Shown piece after piece: positions 18,967-30,500 of a stretch of 64,000 nucleotides of DNA. Origin of the DNA: a virus. Location: positions 96,001 to 160,000 of the IMG/VR virus record IMGVR_UViG_3300025120_000017, one strand, 5' to 3'. The notes under the pieces were generated by a model, which did no database searches, was not told where the DNA came from, and worked only from the letters and a program-made list of their open reading frames with translations. The number at the start of each line of letters is the position of its first letter. The stretch's first letter is position 1. The position numbers and the translations under genes were made by a program.

Positions 18967-19754
18967 CGTTTTCTTGTGTTGGTTGATTTCTTTTCAGTAA
19001 ATGACTTTCTACTTTTAGTGAATTCCATTCTTCGGTATCTTCTATTTAAAATATAATCATCAAAAAATGTTGATAGTTTATCATTATGTATAAAATGCTC
19101 AAAATCAGGACCAAGCTCTTCAAGTAGGGATATTATTAAAGGTCTTGCTAATTTAAAAAACTTAGAAGTACTTGGCGTGTATATTTTAGCATTTGACTGC
19201 CTTAATGCATCATTACACATTAGGTTATGTAAGTCTCTTAGCTTATTACATAATGTTATTGTAGACATTTTAGTGCAATATTCAGCACATATGTGTAGCT
19301 TATCAAATACAAATGCTTCATTTACTAAAAATGTAAATTTTTCACTGTGATTTCTAAAAAATGTACTATATTTTGAAAAGTCAAAATATTTATCAGTTTC
19401 TTCAACTAATTCATAATCAGTAAAGCTAAATTTTCTAGTGTACTCGTTTAGGTCTTTAGGATCATTTGAAGTAACTGATTTAAACCAATTATTATGAAAA
19501 AAATCTTTTAAGATTTCTCTCTTATCAAATCCTGTGTGTATTTTTATAGCATATTCAACAGTATAGTCTGTGTTATCTACATGATATAGAACTTCGCCTG
19601 AAAACATCTTAAAATTATCAGACTCATTAAACGGGTATAAAATAAAAAATACTTTATCACCTTTTTTAAATATAGTATCACTTAAGATTTCTTTAGTATA
19701 ATAATTTTCTCTAAAAGTTTTAAGTTTCTTTGATCCTTTAGTTGGTTTAGACAT
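18951..19754 (-). CDS. Hypothetical protein
   Basis: 267-aa ORF, no recognised motif. Confidence 0.7.
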   Translation of the reverse strand: MSKPTKGSKKLKTFRENYYTKEILSDTIFKKGDKVFFILYPFNESDNFKMFSGEVLYHVDNTDYTVEYAIKIHTGFDKREILKDFFHNNWFKSVTSNDPKDLNEYTRKFSFTDYELVEETDKYFDFSKYSTFFRNHSEKFTFLVNEAFVFDKLHICAEYCTKMSTITLCNKLRDLHNLMCNDALRQSNAKIYTPSTSKFFKLARPLIISLLEELGPDFEHFIHNDKLSTFFDDYILNRRYRRMEFTKSRKSFTEKKSTNTRKREKDV

Positions 19755-20137
19755 TCTTGTTCTTTTTTAGTTATTTCTTCAATAGGTAAAAAGCATATTT
19801 CAGTATTTATAGAACCTGCCTTATATGCATTTATTTTTTTACTTACTTCTGTTATTATGCTTTCAAAAAGATCTTTGTCTATACGAGATACGTAATAATA
19901 TATAAAAAAACATGGAGTTCTTTTATTGGTAAGCATATTCTTGACAGATGTATTTATCTTGGCAAATACATCTGTCTGTAATACTAGGTTACTCTGATCT
20001 TCATCAAATATTGTGTATTTTTGATGAGATGCTTGAATATCTTCATAGCTAATTAAAACACTGTTTTTTGATTTTTTTAAATATGTTTTAAACTGCTTAT
20101 TGTTTTTAGCATATGTTATTATAAAAAACTTATTCAT
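19682..20137 (-). CDS. Hypothetical protein
   Basis: 151-aa ORF overlapping the next gene. Confidence 0.6.
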   Translation of the reverse strand: MNKFFIITYAKNNKQFKTYLKKSKNSVLISYEDIQASHQKYTIFDEDQSNLVLQTDVFAKINTSVKNMLTNKRTPCFFIYYYVSRIDKDLFESIITEVSKKINAYKAGSINTEICFLPIEEITKKEQECLNQLKDQRNLKLLEKIIILKKS

Positions 20138-20142
20138 ATTTA

Positions 20143-20364
20143 TTATGTGTCATCTTCTACACTATCATCTGTTTTAAGATCATGTAATTGCTCATCTGTT
20201 AGCGTAGAAGATTCTTCTGATTTTCTAAGCTGTTCAGAAACATGTCTTCTATGCAAATCTTTCCCGATTTTCTTAACCTCTTTCTTTGCTTTATGATATT
20301 CAGCAATATTAGTCTTTTTTAACCACTTAAGGTACTCTCTTCTCTGTGCTCTGGTTGTTTTCAT
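20143..20364 (-). CDS. Small basic hypothetical protein
   Basis: 73 aa, TRAQRR N-terminal motif common in phage small proteins. Confidence 0.6.
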   Translation of the reverse strand: MKTTRAQRREYLKWLKKTNIAEYHKAKKEVKKIGKDLHRRHVSEQLRKSEESSTLTDEQLHDLKTDDSVEDDT

Positions 20365-20881
20365 CTTCTGTTTTTATTAACTGTTCTATCCATGCATTAA
20401 TAGTGTTATGTACATTTTCTTTTATATCATCTGATATCTTATTTTTTATATACACGTTTAACTCATTTTTTAAATCTTCACCATATGCATCTATAAGTAT
20501 TTCTAGAGCTGCTTTTTTAGGTAATGATACTGAAAAATTCATTTTAATATCAACACTTTCATATGATTTTATTTTATCTAATATATCTGTAAATATTGAA
20601 TCGTTTTTAGGAGATGGGTAATCGCTAGGATTAAGTGATCCTGTTTTAATTTCTAGTTCCTTTACAAACTTCTCAGTGTCTTCTACGTCAAGTTCACTTA
20701 TTTCAGCTATAAGAGATAAGTATTCTTTAGTTAATGATTGATTTATTCGCCTTCCACTAACAAACTCAACAAATCTCATAGATCCTTGTGTTACTTCAGT
20801 GTTTTTAACAATTTCTTCTTGACCAAAGTTTTCGCCTTTAATCCATTCATATTTATTGCCAACCTTAATTCCTTGTAGCAT
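20327..20881 (-). CDS. Hypothetical protein
   Basis: 184-aa ORF. Confidence 0.7.
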   Translation of the reverse strand: MLQGIKVGNKYEWIKGENFGQEEIVKNTEVTQGSMRFVEFVSGRRINQSLTKEYLSLIAEISELDVEDTEKFVKELEIKTGSLNPSDYPSPKNDSIFTDILDKIKSYESVDIKMNFSVSLPKKAALEILIDAYGEDLKNELNVYIKNKISDDIKENVHNTINAWIEQLIKTEDENNQSTEKRVP

Positions 20882-20924
20882 ATTATTATAGTTTAATGAT
20901 TATAAAATATATAATAGATAAAAA

Positions 20925-21590
20925 TTAACATATGATTATTCTTCTTCTTGAAGAACCTCCACCACTTAGACCTTTTATTTCAACCCTATCTAAAGATACA
21001 TTACCACTCGTAGATGTTGCTCTTAAACTTATTGTACCAGCACTATGTCCAGCATCAGCACTAATTGCACCAGTTGCTACTTGTCTGTTTGTATTGTGGG
21101 TAGTAAAAGTCCTATTTGTTCCTTGTGGAATTTGTTGTGTAAGGATTTGATTAATAGAACATGATGTAATCATTATTAGTGAATCCTCTTCAACTGTTAA
21201 ATTTTGAGTGTTTGGTGTTGCTTGACCACCCGTTCTTGTGTATGCTCCAATACCACCGCTATCGGTAAAACTTCTTATGTGAACAGATACTGGATTCCAC
21301 ATGTTTTGATTAAAACTTACTACAACATTATGAGTTCCAGTAGGAGGGTCTACTAAATAAAAGAAAGACATTCTTTGTCCTAATCCACCTCTATTAGTGC
21401 TATGTAATTGTGTTAATGAAACTCCATTGTAAGTACATGGATTACTGCCTAACCCAACATTATTTGCATGAGTTATTTGAACAACAAGTAATCTATTGTT
21501 CCCTGTATTTTGATTATGTGAATAACTTTTAGAATATCCCGAAGGCGTAGCATTACTATTTGTTACATTTCCTTTAGTTGGAGCTGCCAT
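20925..21590 (-). CDS. Beta-sandwich virion/fibre-associated protein
   Basis: T/N/S-rich; NRLLVV..TYNGVSLT..YLVDPPTGTHNVVV pattern; end of the fibre operon. Confidence 0.55.
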   Translation of the reverse strand: MAAPTKGNVTNSNATPSGYSKSYSHNQNTGNNRLLVVQITHANNVGLGSNPCTYNGVSLTQLHSTNRGGLGQRMSFFYLVDPPTGTHNVVVSFNQNMWNPVSVHIRSFTDSGGIGAYTRTGGQATPNTQNLTVEEDSLIMITSCSINQILTQQIPQGTNRTFTTHNTNRQVATGAISADAGHSAGTISLRATSTSGNVSLDRVEIKGLSGGGSSRRRIIIC

Positions 21591-21591
21591 A

Positions 21592-21876
21592 TTATAAATC
21601 GTTTATGTCTTTAATTTCAATTAAATTTCTTCCTTCTAGTGTATTTACTTCCGTTCTTGCCTCATTTACTGAATCAATATCATTAAAAAATGTATTTATT
21701 GATACCTCTCCCAGTTCTAACTTGGTTCTGTTTTCTCCTAAAAAAACTCCTAAAGTACTATCATATTGTTCATTTATTTCATTTGCGATGTTAACATCTT
21801 CGGTATATCCGACATCTGTATATTTAAGAGAATCGGTTCCTTCCAATTCTATTTTGCTGATTATATAGTATTTCAT
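21592..21876 (-). CDS. Small acidic protein (possible fibre chaperone)
   Basis: 94-aa ORF in the fibre operon. Confidence 0.55.
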   Translation of the reverse strand: MKYYIISKIELEGTDSLKYTDVGYTEDVNIANEINEQYDSTLGVFLGENRTKLELGEVSINTFFNDIDSVNEARTEVNTLEGRNLIEIKDINDL

Positions 21877-21899
21877 TTTGTGTCGATTGTTATTTTAAA

Positions 21900-22295
21900 T
21901 TAATCTAAATAAGTTACTTCAACACTACCGACACTAGGAAAAAATTCTTCAATGATTTGTTTACCGTAATTGCTCATTGCATAATGAAGAGCACTTAGTC
22001 CAGTTTTTCCACCATCAGAATATACATATTTGTCAGAACCATCTTCGTTTTCCATTTCAAAGTCTTGTCCCATAATATTTTTTTCTGAATCTGCAATTTT
22101 TAATTGAACGGTGTTATTAGAATTCCATTCATTAGCTTCTCCGTAACACCAATTAAAAGGTACATTAAAATTTTGAACAGTTTCTCTTCCTGTTCCTATG
22201 TTTCCTGGACAAGAAATTTTTCTTATTCCGGCTGCGTAAATATTAAGACCTCCGGCCTTAATTTCACAATCCTCTGTTAAAGTTATAGTTATCAT
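21900..22295 (-). CDS. Hypothetical protein (possible fibre chaperone)
   Basis: 131 aa, directly downstream of the long fibre gene. Confidence 0.6.
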   Translation of the reverse strand: MITITLTEDCEIKAGGLNIYAAGIRKISCPGNIGTGRETVQNFNVPFNWCYGEANEWNSNNTVQLKIADSEKNIMGQDFEMENEDGSDKYVYSDGGKTGLSALHYAMSNYGKQIIEEFFPSVGSVEVTYLD

Positions 22296-22319
22296 ATCTT
22301 ATTTATTTTTATTTATTTA

Positions 22320-25300
22320 CTAATCTTCTGTATATCTTATATCAACACTTAAATAAACACTTGTTCCACTTGCGGCACTTGTTTCTATCCAAACCCAACT
22401 ATTTGCTGGAATAGTAGCATCACTTAATGATGCAATATCTCCGGTTGTTGTACTTGTTGTTGCAGCACTTGTTGTTAATGCATTCCCGGCATCACTTCTA
22501 GTAGGATGATGTTTTAATTGATAAGTTGTATCTGGTGATGTTCCAGTTGAACAAGCAATTACTTCTTGTACTGTTATAGCAACATCAGTTCTAAAAATTG
22601 TAATATCATCAGAAGCTGTTGGTTCTTGTAAAGTAAATGTTTTACTTAAAGAAACTGGGGCACCTGTTCCTGTATCTCCTTTTTCTCCTTTAATACCTGA
22701 AGTCTTAGATATTCTCATACCTTGAGTAAAGTTCCAAGTACCATTTGCTGAGATAGTTGTTGTATTCTGATATGATTGCAATTTAATTTCAACTTCATCA
22801 CCTACATCTAAATCAAGTGAAATACTACCCGATACGCCATCCCAAGTAGAATCATCAACAGCATCCGACGCAGCAAAAGCACCATTTGGTGTTTTTATGC
22901 TTCCGTTAATAAATGCTTGTAAATTGTAATATGCAGAAGTACTATTTGTAGCAAATAAATTAACTTCAAATTGATAAGTTCCAGCACCACTTGTTGAGCT
23001 AACAACAAACTTTTTATTTGTATTATCCCAATCACCGTTCTTGTCTATCGCTCCTGTTACGGTGTCATCAAAATTAATAGTAGTTGCGTTGTTAGCAACA
23101 GTAATAAGTTGGTTGGTACTTCCAAAACCTAAATCAACAAGTAATCCACCACCTACGGCTGGCGTTTCTGATAAGTTTTTCCATTTTAATCCTGTTGCTT
23201 CCGTACTATCAGCTACTAATGCTTGTCCGTTAGTTCCAACTGGCAATCTTGCATCGGCAGTATCGTATGTATAAACATCTCCTTTTGTTGTTAATGGACT
23301 TGAACTACCAGCTGCTCCCCAAGAAAGAACTCCTGAACCATCAGTTTTCAAAAATTGTCCGTTAGAACCGGTGTCGTTTGGAAATGTTAAAGTATAACTT
23401 GCACCTGCAGAATGCGGTGGTGATTTAAGTTTTATACCGTGATTATTATTCCAACAATTTAATTGAATATAACCATCTTGTGATGAACCATCTCCTTTTG
23501 CAATAAAAGCTGCAATAGAACTTGTAGAAGTACTACTGACATTTCCTGTCATTTCTATTGCATTTGATGAACTAATCGTAAACGGTTCCGTTGAAGTTGT
23601 TCCGTTGTATATACGGAAAGTGCTATCGCTTTCGTTACCTATTGACCATTTAAAATTCCCTTGATTTAAAAATTTTATAAAAACTCCTGTATCAGCAGTC
23701 GTGTCTAGTGATATATTTGGGTTTGAGCTGAAACTGCTTTTAAAAGTTAAAATATCTTTTACAGTAGAATTAAATGTAGTTGCCTGTCCTAAATGAACAT
23801 TACCATCATTTCTAAAGTCCCATAACGAAGCATCATTAATATCAGTAACTTTGAAACCACTTGTACTTGCTGAATTATCAGAACCTTTAACTAGTGTGTC
23901 GTCTTGTAGGCTAATTCCTTCGCTTCCTATGACGTTTGAACCGTTGGCAATTGTTTTTCCGTTCCTTATTCTAAAGGTTTCTAAATGCGCAAGAGTTCCA
24001 AAAATTAAACTCATATCATTTGAACCATGCCATACATTTTGCATTCTACTAGAAAAATAACCACTAACATTAAAATCAATTGATGCTTTTTCTCCAGCTA
24101 CTAAAGAGCCAGTTTTGTTTATTCTTAAAGCCGTATGGTTTGCGCTTGTATTTTCTAAAGTTAACCCCGTAAAGGCATCACCTGCTAAACTTGAATGTAT
24201 TTCTCCTGCTACATCTAAATCATAACTTGGAATTATTTGTTTTATTCCTACTTTTCCATTCCTAATTCTAAAAGTTTCTAAATGCGCTAAAGTTCCTAAT
24301 GTTAAACTAATATCATTTGAACCATGCCATACATTTTGCATTCTACTAGAAAAATAACCACTAACATTAAAATCTATAGAAGCTTTTTCACCTGCAACTA
24401 ATGAACCAGTTTTATTAATTAAAATACCTGTATGATCTGTATTTGTGTTTTCTAAAGTTAGAGAAGGAATAGTAGAACTTGCATTTTTAAAAGTTAAATC
24501 ATTACCATTTAAATCAAGTATTCTATCTCCTGTTAAAGTTCCATCAGCAGTATAAATAGAACTACCACCAGTTCCGCTAGTTCCTATTCTAACTACTCCG
24601 TTTTCATTCCATAAATCGCCAGCTGATAAACCACTTGAGCTAGTAGGCATATTAACATTTATAGTGTTAGTTTTAACTGCTACTTTAGTTGTTACCGTTC
24701 CACTATCTGCCACCCTTAACTCTAATCTTCCCGTATGACTACCTGCTGTATTGCTTTCAATTATTGATACAAATCTTGCATAAGTTGCCTGAGCACTGCT
24801 TGAGTTATGTAAATCAATATTGAAACCTGCTCCGTAGCCAGTTGGATTTGCTGGTCTACAAAATGTAAAAGTAGATGAGGTATTAGAATCACCTATGATA
24901 TTAACATCTTGGCCTACTAGTATATCTCCGTTATTTCTAAAGTCCCATTTAGAATCATCATTTGTATCAACTATTTTAAATCCACTTGTACTTGCTGAAT
25001 TATCAGAACCTTTAACAAGGGTATTGCCTTGTAAAGAAATACTTTCACTTCCTACAACAGCATCTTCACCTACTATAAATTTATGTGTTGCTAAAGCACC
25101 AGCGGCAGCTAAAAAGTAATGCGGAACATTTGCGCCTATCTTAGTGTGTGCTCCACTCCATTGGTCAGAAAAGTGCATGTAACTTGTTGTTCCTGATCCT
25201 CTTCTTAGTTGTATTGCTTTTTGTGGTCCGATATCTAAACCTAAATAATTAAAGGAAACTCCATTAACATAATTACCAGCGTTATCAATATTTATTGCGT

Positions 25301-25685
25301 TTTGTCTAGTTCCCCATCTATCATAATATTCTGTAACTGGAATACCAATAGAACTATTATAATAATGATCTATTCTATCAGTTGTACCTGTTAGTCTACC
25401 CTTAAAAGTTAATTTATTACTATCAAGTTCAAGTTCTCTATCACCCGTTAAAGTACCATCAGCGGTATAAATACTAGAACCCCCACCGCCCCCACCGGCT
25501 TCATTCCATACGGCTGCTCCGGCTGTTGCATCAACACAATTATATGCTTTATCATTCGTAACATCTATCCATGTTGAACCTACTGAAAATCCAGTAGAAG
25601 TATCATCATTTACAGTCGGTGCTGCGGTTGCATCGAATTTATTTCCTTGTATCTTTAAAAGATTAATATTTGGTGTAGCACTCAT
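22320..25685 (-). CDS. Long mosaic tail fibre with internal duplications and a C1q-like domain
   Basis: G/S/T-rich; duplicated modules ([13 protein letters not shown] x2, [15 protein letters not shown] x2, 99-aa repeat); [14 protein letters not shown] fibre motif; [20 protein letters not shown]1q-like segment. Confidence 0.8.
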   Translation of the reverse strand: MSATPNINLLKIQGNKFDATAAPTVNDDTSTGFSVGSTWIDVTNDKAYNCVDATAGAAVWNEAGGGGGGSSIYTADGTLTGDRELELDSNKLTFKGRLTGTTDRIDHYYNSSIGIPVTEYYDRWGTRQNAINIDNAGNYVNGVSFNYLGLDIGPQKAIQLRRGSGTTSYMHFSDQWSGAHTKIGANVPHYFLAAAGALATHKFIVGEDAVVGSESISLQGNTLVKGSDNSASTSGFKIVDTNDDSKWDFRNNGDILVGQDVNIIGDSNTSSTFTFCRPANPTGYGAGFNIDLHNSSSAQATYARFVSIIESNTAGSHTGRLELRVADSGTVTTKVAVKTNTINVNMPTSSSGLSAGDLWNENGVVRIGTSGTGGSSIYTADGTLTGDRILDLNGNDLTFKNASSTIPSLTLENTNTDHTGILINKTGSLVAGEKASIDFNVSGYFSSRMQNVWHGSNDISLTLGTLAHLETFRIRNGKVGIKQIIPSYDLDVAGEIHSSLAGDAFTGLTLENTSANHTALRINKTGSLVAGEKASIDFNVSGYFSSRMQNVWHGSNDMSLIFGTLAHLETFRIRNGKTIANGSNVIGSEGISLQDDTLVKGSDNSASTSGFKVTDINDASLWDFRNDGNVHLGQATTFNSTVKDILTFKSSFSSNPNISLDTTADTGVFIKFLNQGNFKWSIGNESDSTFRIYNGTTSTEPFTISSSNAIEMTGNVSSTSTSSIAAFIAKGDGSSQDGYIQLNCWNNNHGIKLKSPPHSAGASYTLTFPNDTGSNGQFLKTDGSGVLSWGAAGSSSPLTTKGDVYTYDTADARLPVGTNGQALVADSTEATGLKWKNLSETPAVGGGLLVDLGFGSTNQLITVANNATTINFDDTVTGAIDKNGDWDNTNKKFVVSSTSGAGTYQFEVNLFATNSTSAYYNLQAFINGSIKTPNGAFAASDAVDDSTWDGVSGSISLDLDVGDEVEIKLQSYQNTTTISANGTWNFTQGMRISKTSGIKGEKGDTGTGAPVSLSKTFTLQEPTASDDITIFRTDVAITVQEVIACSTGTSPDTTYQLKHHPTRSDAGNALTTSAATTSTTTGDIASLSDATIPANSWVWIETSAASGTSVYLSVDIRYTED
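23955..24460. repeat. Tandem ~297-bp intragenic duplication in the fibre gene
   Basis: 65-bp identical cores at 24013-24077 and 24310-24374; outer boundaries approximate. Confidence 0.85.
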
Positions 25686-25692
25686 ATATTAT

Positions 25693-25869
25693 TTAATTAT
25701 TTTCTTCTTGTGATTCTAACCATTCTGTGTATTCTTTGGGCGGTTCATCACTCCAAAACCAACCATTTTTTTCAATCTTATTATCTTTTGTGATAATCGT
25801 TCCGTCTGAAAATCCCACTCTACCTGCTGAATTCCATTCATCATTTTCTTCGTTGTATATATAGAACAT
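25693..25869 (-). CDS. 58-aa protein below the ORF-track cutoff
   Basis: MFYIYNEENDEWNSAGRVGFSDGTIITKDNKIEKNGWFWSDEPPKEYTEWLESQEENN; fills the gap between two operon genes. Confidence 0.7.
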   Translation of the reverse strand: MFYIYNEENDEWNSAGRVGFSDGTIITKDNKIEKNGWFWSDEPPKEYTEWLESQEENN

Positions 25870-25888
25870 AATTTTAATTTTTATTTTA

Positions 25889-27520
25889 TTATGTAATTGC
25901 TACCGTCCATCCTTTTGCTGTTGCTATTGCTATCTCTGCACTTGTAACTGAAGATGAGCCTGGATTGTCTTGAACATTTATAGTTTGTGTTCCATTAGCT
26001 GTACCTAAATTGTTAAAAATAACTACGATTTGTGCTTGTTCTAAATTACAATATCTATATGAATGTCCTACAGTTAGGTTGGTTATTAATACTTCTTGTA
26101 AAGCATAACAGCCTTGAAACCAGTTTCCACAGCTTGTTATATTTGCACCATCCCATGCGGGTATTTTTACCAAACTCTGACAATTATTGAAGGCAGCACT
26201 AAAAGAAGTAGTTGTTGTATTAATTACAATGTTAGGCAATTCCTCCAAAGAAGTATTGCTTAAAAATACTCTAGTCATTGATGTTGGAGGGGTGCCATTA
26301 AAGGTACCCCACTTTTTTATCTGATTAGCATTTTGAGCAAAATATGGATGTATTCCTGTTCCTAATTGCGCAGGACTTTTTCTAAGACCACTATATATAA
26401 ACATATACTGCATACTGGTAGATGAACTAAAATCAAATGCGCTTAAATCATCTATCCTATATGTGTTCCTAAACATAAATTGACTATTAGTTACATTACT
26501 GCAATCAAAGACCTTTACTTCTTCTAAATAAATGCATTGGTCAAACATATAATCTGTCCTAGTTAAGTTGTTTGGGAATGTGGCATTGCAGCTTATTAGA
26601 TTTGTACAGCCAATAAACATACTTTTGACGTCCGTTGCACTTGAACAGTCTAAATTAAAGTCTCCACCCCACTTATTTCCTGAAAATACAGCAGTAAAGA
26701 CTTGAATATTGGAACAACTTGTAATCGGACAAACCATTAGTGTACTACAAGCATAAAACATGTTTTGAATGCTAATAAGGTTAGGGGCATCAGCATCTAA
26801 ACTCCAAGGTTCTATGTATTCTATCTCATAGCAATTGTAAAACATTTCCGTAACTCCTGTAGCACTAGATAAATCTAATTTTGGAACTTCTAATAATAAT
26901 ACACATTGACGAAAACACCTATAAAAATTAGTAACATTAGAAGTATCTATTCCAACTACCTTTTGTAATCTGTAACTTAAATAAAATGCTTGCGACATGT
27001 TTGTAACATTACAAGTTCCCACAAATTCAAATTGCTCTAATCCCGAATTATTGTAAAAACTACTTGCTAATGATGTGATATTAACACTTGCCATTTTGCA
27101 ATCAATGATATTATTATTTGCTGAACCTGCACTAGCATCATTAGGATTTAATAAATTACCCATAACAAAGGAAGTAAGGTTTTGCCCAGATTGAGGTGTT
27201 AATGTAACTATTGCCTGTCTGTATCCTTCAGTAGTTTGTGTTGTTGCTGAAATATGTGTAAAGTCAATAGAATAGTCTGCAAATGCTCCCGAAGAATAAT
27301 TTACTGAACCCTGCCCATCACCCCAATCAACAGTATAATCACCTGCCGCTTGTAATCTTATGTGATTGCCAAACTTTTCATATATCTTAACTAGTAGATA
27401 AACTTTTTGGTCACCATCAGATAATACAGGTAAATCTAAATATTCAGGATTCCGAATATACTTTCTGAAAGATTTTTGCCCTCCTAATAATCTGCCGTTA
27501 TTTATTATTATATTTGCCAT
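25889..27520 (-). CDS. BspA/DUF285-like leucine-rich-repeat protein with PKD-like N-terminal part
   Basis: ~23-25-aa repeats (DTSNVTNFYRCF, DLSSATGVTEMF, DCSNVTNSQFMF); YTVDWGDG; C-terminal IATAKGWTV. Confidence 0.8.
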   Translation of the reverse strand: MANIIINNGRLLGGQKSFRKYIRNPEYLDLPVLSDGDQKVYLLVKIYEKFGNHIRLQAAGDYTVDWGDGQGSVNYSSGAFADYSIDFTHISATTQTTEGYRQAIVTLTPQSGQNLTSFVMGNLLNPNDASAGSANNNIIDCKMASVNITSLASSFYNNSGLEQFEFVGTCNVTNMSQAFYLSYRLQKVVGIDTSNVTNFYRCFRQCVLLLEVPKLDLSSATGVTEMFYNCYEIEYIEPWSLDADAPNLISIQNMFYACSTLMVCPITSCSNIQVFTAVFSGNKWGGDFNLDCSSATDVKSMFIGCTNLISCNATFPNNLTRTDYMFDQCIYLEEVKVFDCSNVTNSQFMFRNTYRIDDLSAFDFSSSTSMQYMFIYSGLRKSPAQLGTGIHPYFAQNANQIKKWGTFNGTPPTSMTRVFLSNTSLEELPNIVINTTTTSFSAAFNNCQSLVKIPAWDGANITSCGNWFQGCYALQEVLITNLTVGHSYRYCNLEQAQIVVIFNNLGTANGTQTINVQDNPGSSSVTSAEIAIATAKGWTVAIT

Positions 27521-27535
27521 AATTTATGTTATTTA

Positions 27536-30500
27536 TCATCCTCTAATTAATCTAATCCAAGTATTATCTGCAACTGCAGTAAACCAATAGTTTCCATTGT
27601 AATGTGATTGTCCTTGATAGGTTCCTGTTATTGTACTTCCTGTATAATTACCATTAACATCCCAATTAGATGTTGTTTCTAATAATGTTGCTACTGCTCC
27701 TGCTGATAGATAGGCTTCAATTATTGGAATTTCTGAAACTTGTCCAACTCCAGCACTAGTTTTACCTAACATACAGGGCTGAGTAACATCTTGCATTTTA
27801 TCGTAAGTAACTTTATCAGCTCCAATGGTAACCACTCCAGTATTACTTATTGTAGTGTCTCCACTCATTGCTACCGAAGTTGCAGCGTTTGAAGAGTTAC
27901 CTACAAATATTTGTCCATTATTTAAAGTTGGTGTTCCACCTCCACCAGCTTCAGATACACCATAACATTCCCATTTACTTGTGTCGGTGCTATATCTAAA
28001 TCTCGCAGCTACTACATCACCAACTATAGTTGTGTTTGGAAGGGTTATACCATTAATTCCAGTGTAAATAGCATTCCAAGTAATTGCTCTAGCAGTGCCA
28101 TCATCATCTAATCGAAACTCAAGTCTTTGTCCATTTCTAGGAGTTCCTGTTGGAGCATTTATACCTACTGCACCACCTAGTGCCTGATAATCAACAAAGT
28201 CTGTGAAGTCTCCATCCCAACTTGCCGATGTGCCTGTATTTTCAAAAGTCCTTACAATCTTAGTATAATCTCTAAGATTGTCCATTTCTACCTTTTTCTT
28301 ATTATTAGAATCAAATATATCCTCAATAAGCATTACTTCCCCGCCAACAAGAACTGTCTTCTGTGTGATAGGAGTAATTTCTGAAGCTTTATTGCTATGT
28401 ATTGCAGTATCAAATTCAGTATAAAAATTTAAGTACTTAATAGCACCTTGATTTGCATCATCTCTTATCATTACTTGTGCTGCTGTACTTCCGCTATATA
28501 AAGGAAGAGTTTGGGTAAGTGACCATGCTGGGGAATCTAATACTACACTAGATTCATTAATTGTAATGCTTGATGTATCACCGCCAGTGCCTCCATAATG
28601 TTCAAGTTTTATAGATGCATCTTGTAAACTAATTTTTCTATGAGATGCATCAGATATTTTAGTTTGTTTCCAAAACGCTGAACCTGTCCCAAAAATATTT
28701 GATTGGTCCCATTCTACAGTATGAAATTGGCTATTATTTTTAATATTACTTTTATATGCATCAAAATAGTAGTCTTGAGCATATAAGTTTCTTGTAGATG
28801 TTCCTTTATTTAATGCATATGGTACTGCAGTTGGTCCGTTTATCCAACCTGAAAATAATTTAGATCCACTTACAGTAATGCCTGGTGTTCCTGGGTTTGT
28901 TGCTCCTGGAGTACCACTATATATTTCTAAGTATACTGGCTTTCCTGTAGATGTAGCGCCTATCTGGTCAGTCTTTGCTCTTGCGCTTGAATCCGTTGCA
29001 CCTGAGTAACTATCATTAACAACACTTTGCCAATCTTGCACAGATCCTGAAGGGCCTGTTGGTCCTGGTACAGTGCTTTGTGCACCTGTATTACCTTGAA
29101 CTCCTTGAACTCCTTGAATTCCTTGAGATCCTTGTGGTCCTGTAACTCCTATTAGTCCTGTAGGACCAACTACCGTACTTGCGGCTCCTGTTGGGCCAGC
29201 AACACCTTGGGCTCCTGTTGGTCCTATTGGCCCTTGAGCTCCAGTAGTTCCTATTGTACCTACAGGTCCCTGTGGCCCAGTAGCTCCAATAGCTCCAGGC
29301 GTTCCGGCCGATCCTGTCGGTCCTTGTGCACCTGTTACCCCAGTTCCCAATACGCCAGTTGGCACAATCGTCCAATCAGAATTTGTACCTCCTAAAGAAG
29401 ATACATAAAAAGGTGTATCTAATGTTATATCCCCGCTTCCTGGACTATATCCAATAACTTTACAATCTGCAAATTGATTAGGAATGTTGTCATTTATAAT
29501 TCTAGCAAACTGACCTGGTGCAAATGCTTGACCTGATGGAAATGAAGTAATAGTAAGAGGGTTAATATCAATTAATCCAAATGATTGTGTACTTCTTATT
29601 ATTGCGCCTGCGCCTGTTAGCCCTTGTGCACCGTTAAGACCATTAAATCCAGTTACTCCTGTCGCTCCTTGACTTCCTTGGAGTCCTGAGATTCCTTGAG
29701 CTCCTGTAGGTCCAGCAGGACCTACAGGACCACCGCTTGGTCCTGTTGGGCCAATTGCAGTAGCACCTGTGGCACCTATTGGCCCAGTTACTCCTTGAGG
29801 CCCTGTTGGTCCTGGTAAACCAGTACCTGTAATTACCCAGCTATTTGATGGGTTGGTATCAGCACCTGGATTTATATAAAAAGGTGCATCAAATTGTAAT
29901 GCGCCAGTATTGTTATTAAATGAAGATACTCTACTTACTTGAAAATCACTAGGTGATAAAGTTTTTGAAATCTGTACATATGAGCCTACCACGAATGCAG
30001 TACCATATGAATTGGTTCCAATATTAGGTACTACATTAAGTTGAGATGTACTTCCGTTATTCAATGAAAATAGAGTTGCAGATGTTGCATATAATCCAGG
30101 GCCACTAGCACCAGCTGCACCTGTTACTCCTATTCCTGTAGGTCCTGCTGGTCCTGCTACTGTACTATTTGCACCTGTTGCTCCTGTTACTCCAGTACCT
30201 GTAGCTCCTATCGGTCCTGTAGGTCCTATTGGTCCTGGAACAGTAGATTGAGCTCCTTGAGTTCCTTGAATTCCTTGAATTCCTTGAGCTCCTGTAGGTC
30301 CTGCCACTGTACTATTTGCACCTGTTGGTCCTGTTACTCCAATTCCTGTTGCTCCAACAGGTCCAATATTACCTTGACTACCTGTAGCTCCAGTAGGTCC
30401 TGTAACACCAGGAACGCCACTACCACCTACGCCTATTTTTGTCCAATCTAATGGATCAAATGTTGCTTTCTGTGTATCGAATTTTGCTATGTAATTGTAG

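Noticed and set aside
23955-24460. Fibre repeat pair as a diversity-generating retroelement TR/VR
   Set aside because: Both copies are in-frame coding, differences are largely synonymous rather than adenine-specific, and no reverse transcriptase is in the window.
25690-25698. AATTAAATA before the long fibre gene as a late promoter
   Set aside because: Only 4 nt from the ATG and overlapping the upstream stop codon; does not fit the 15-21 nt spacing.
29040-30420. GC-richer repetitive DNA as a foreign insert or satellite
   Set aside because: Fully explained by Gly-X-Y collagen codons.
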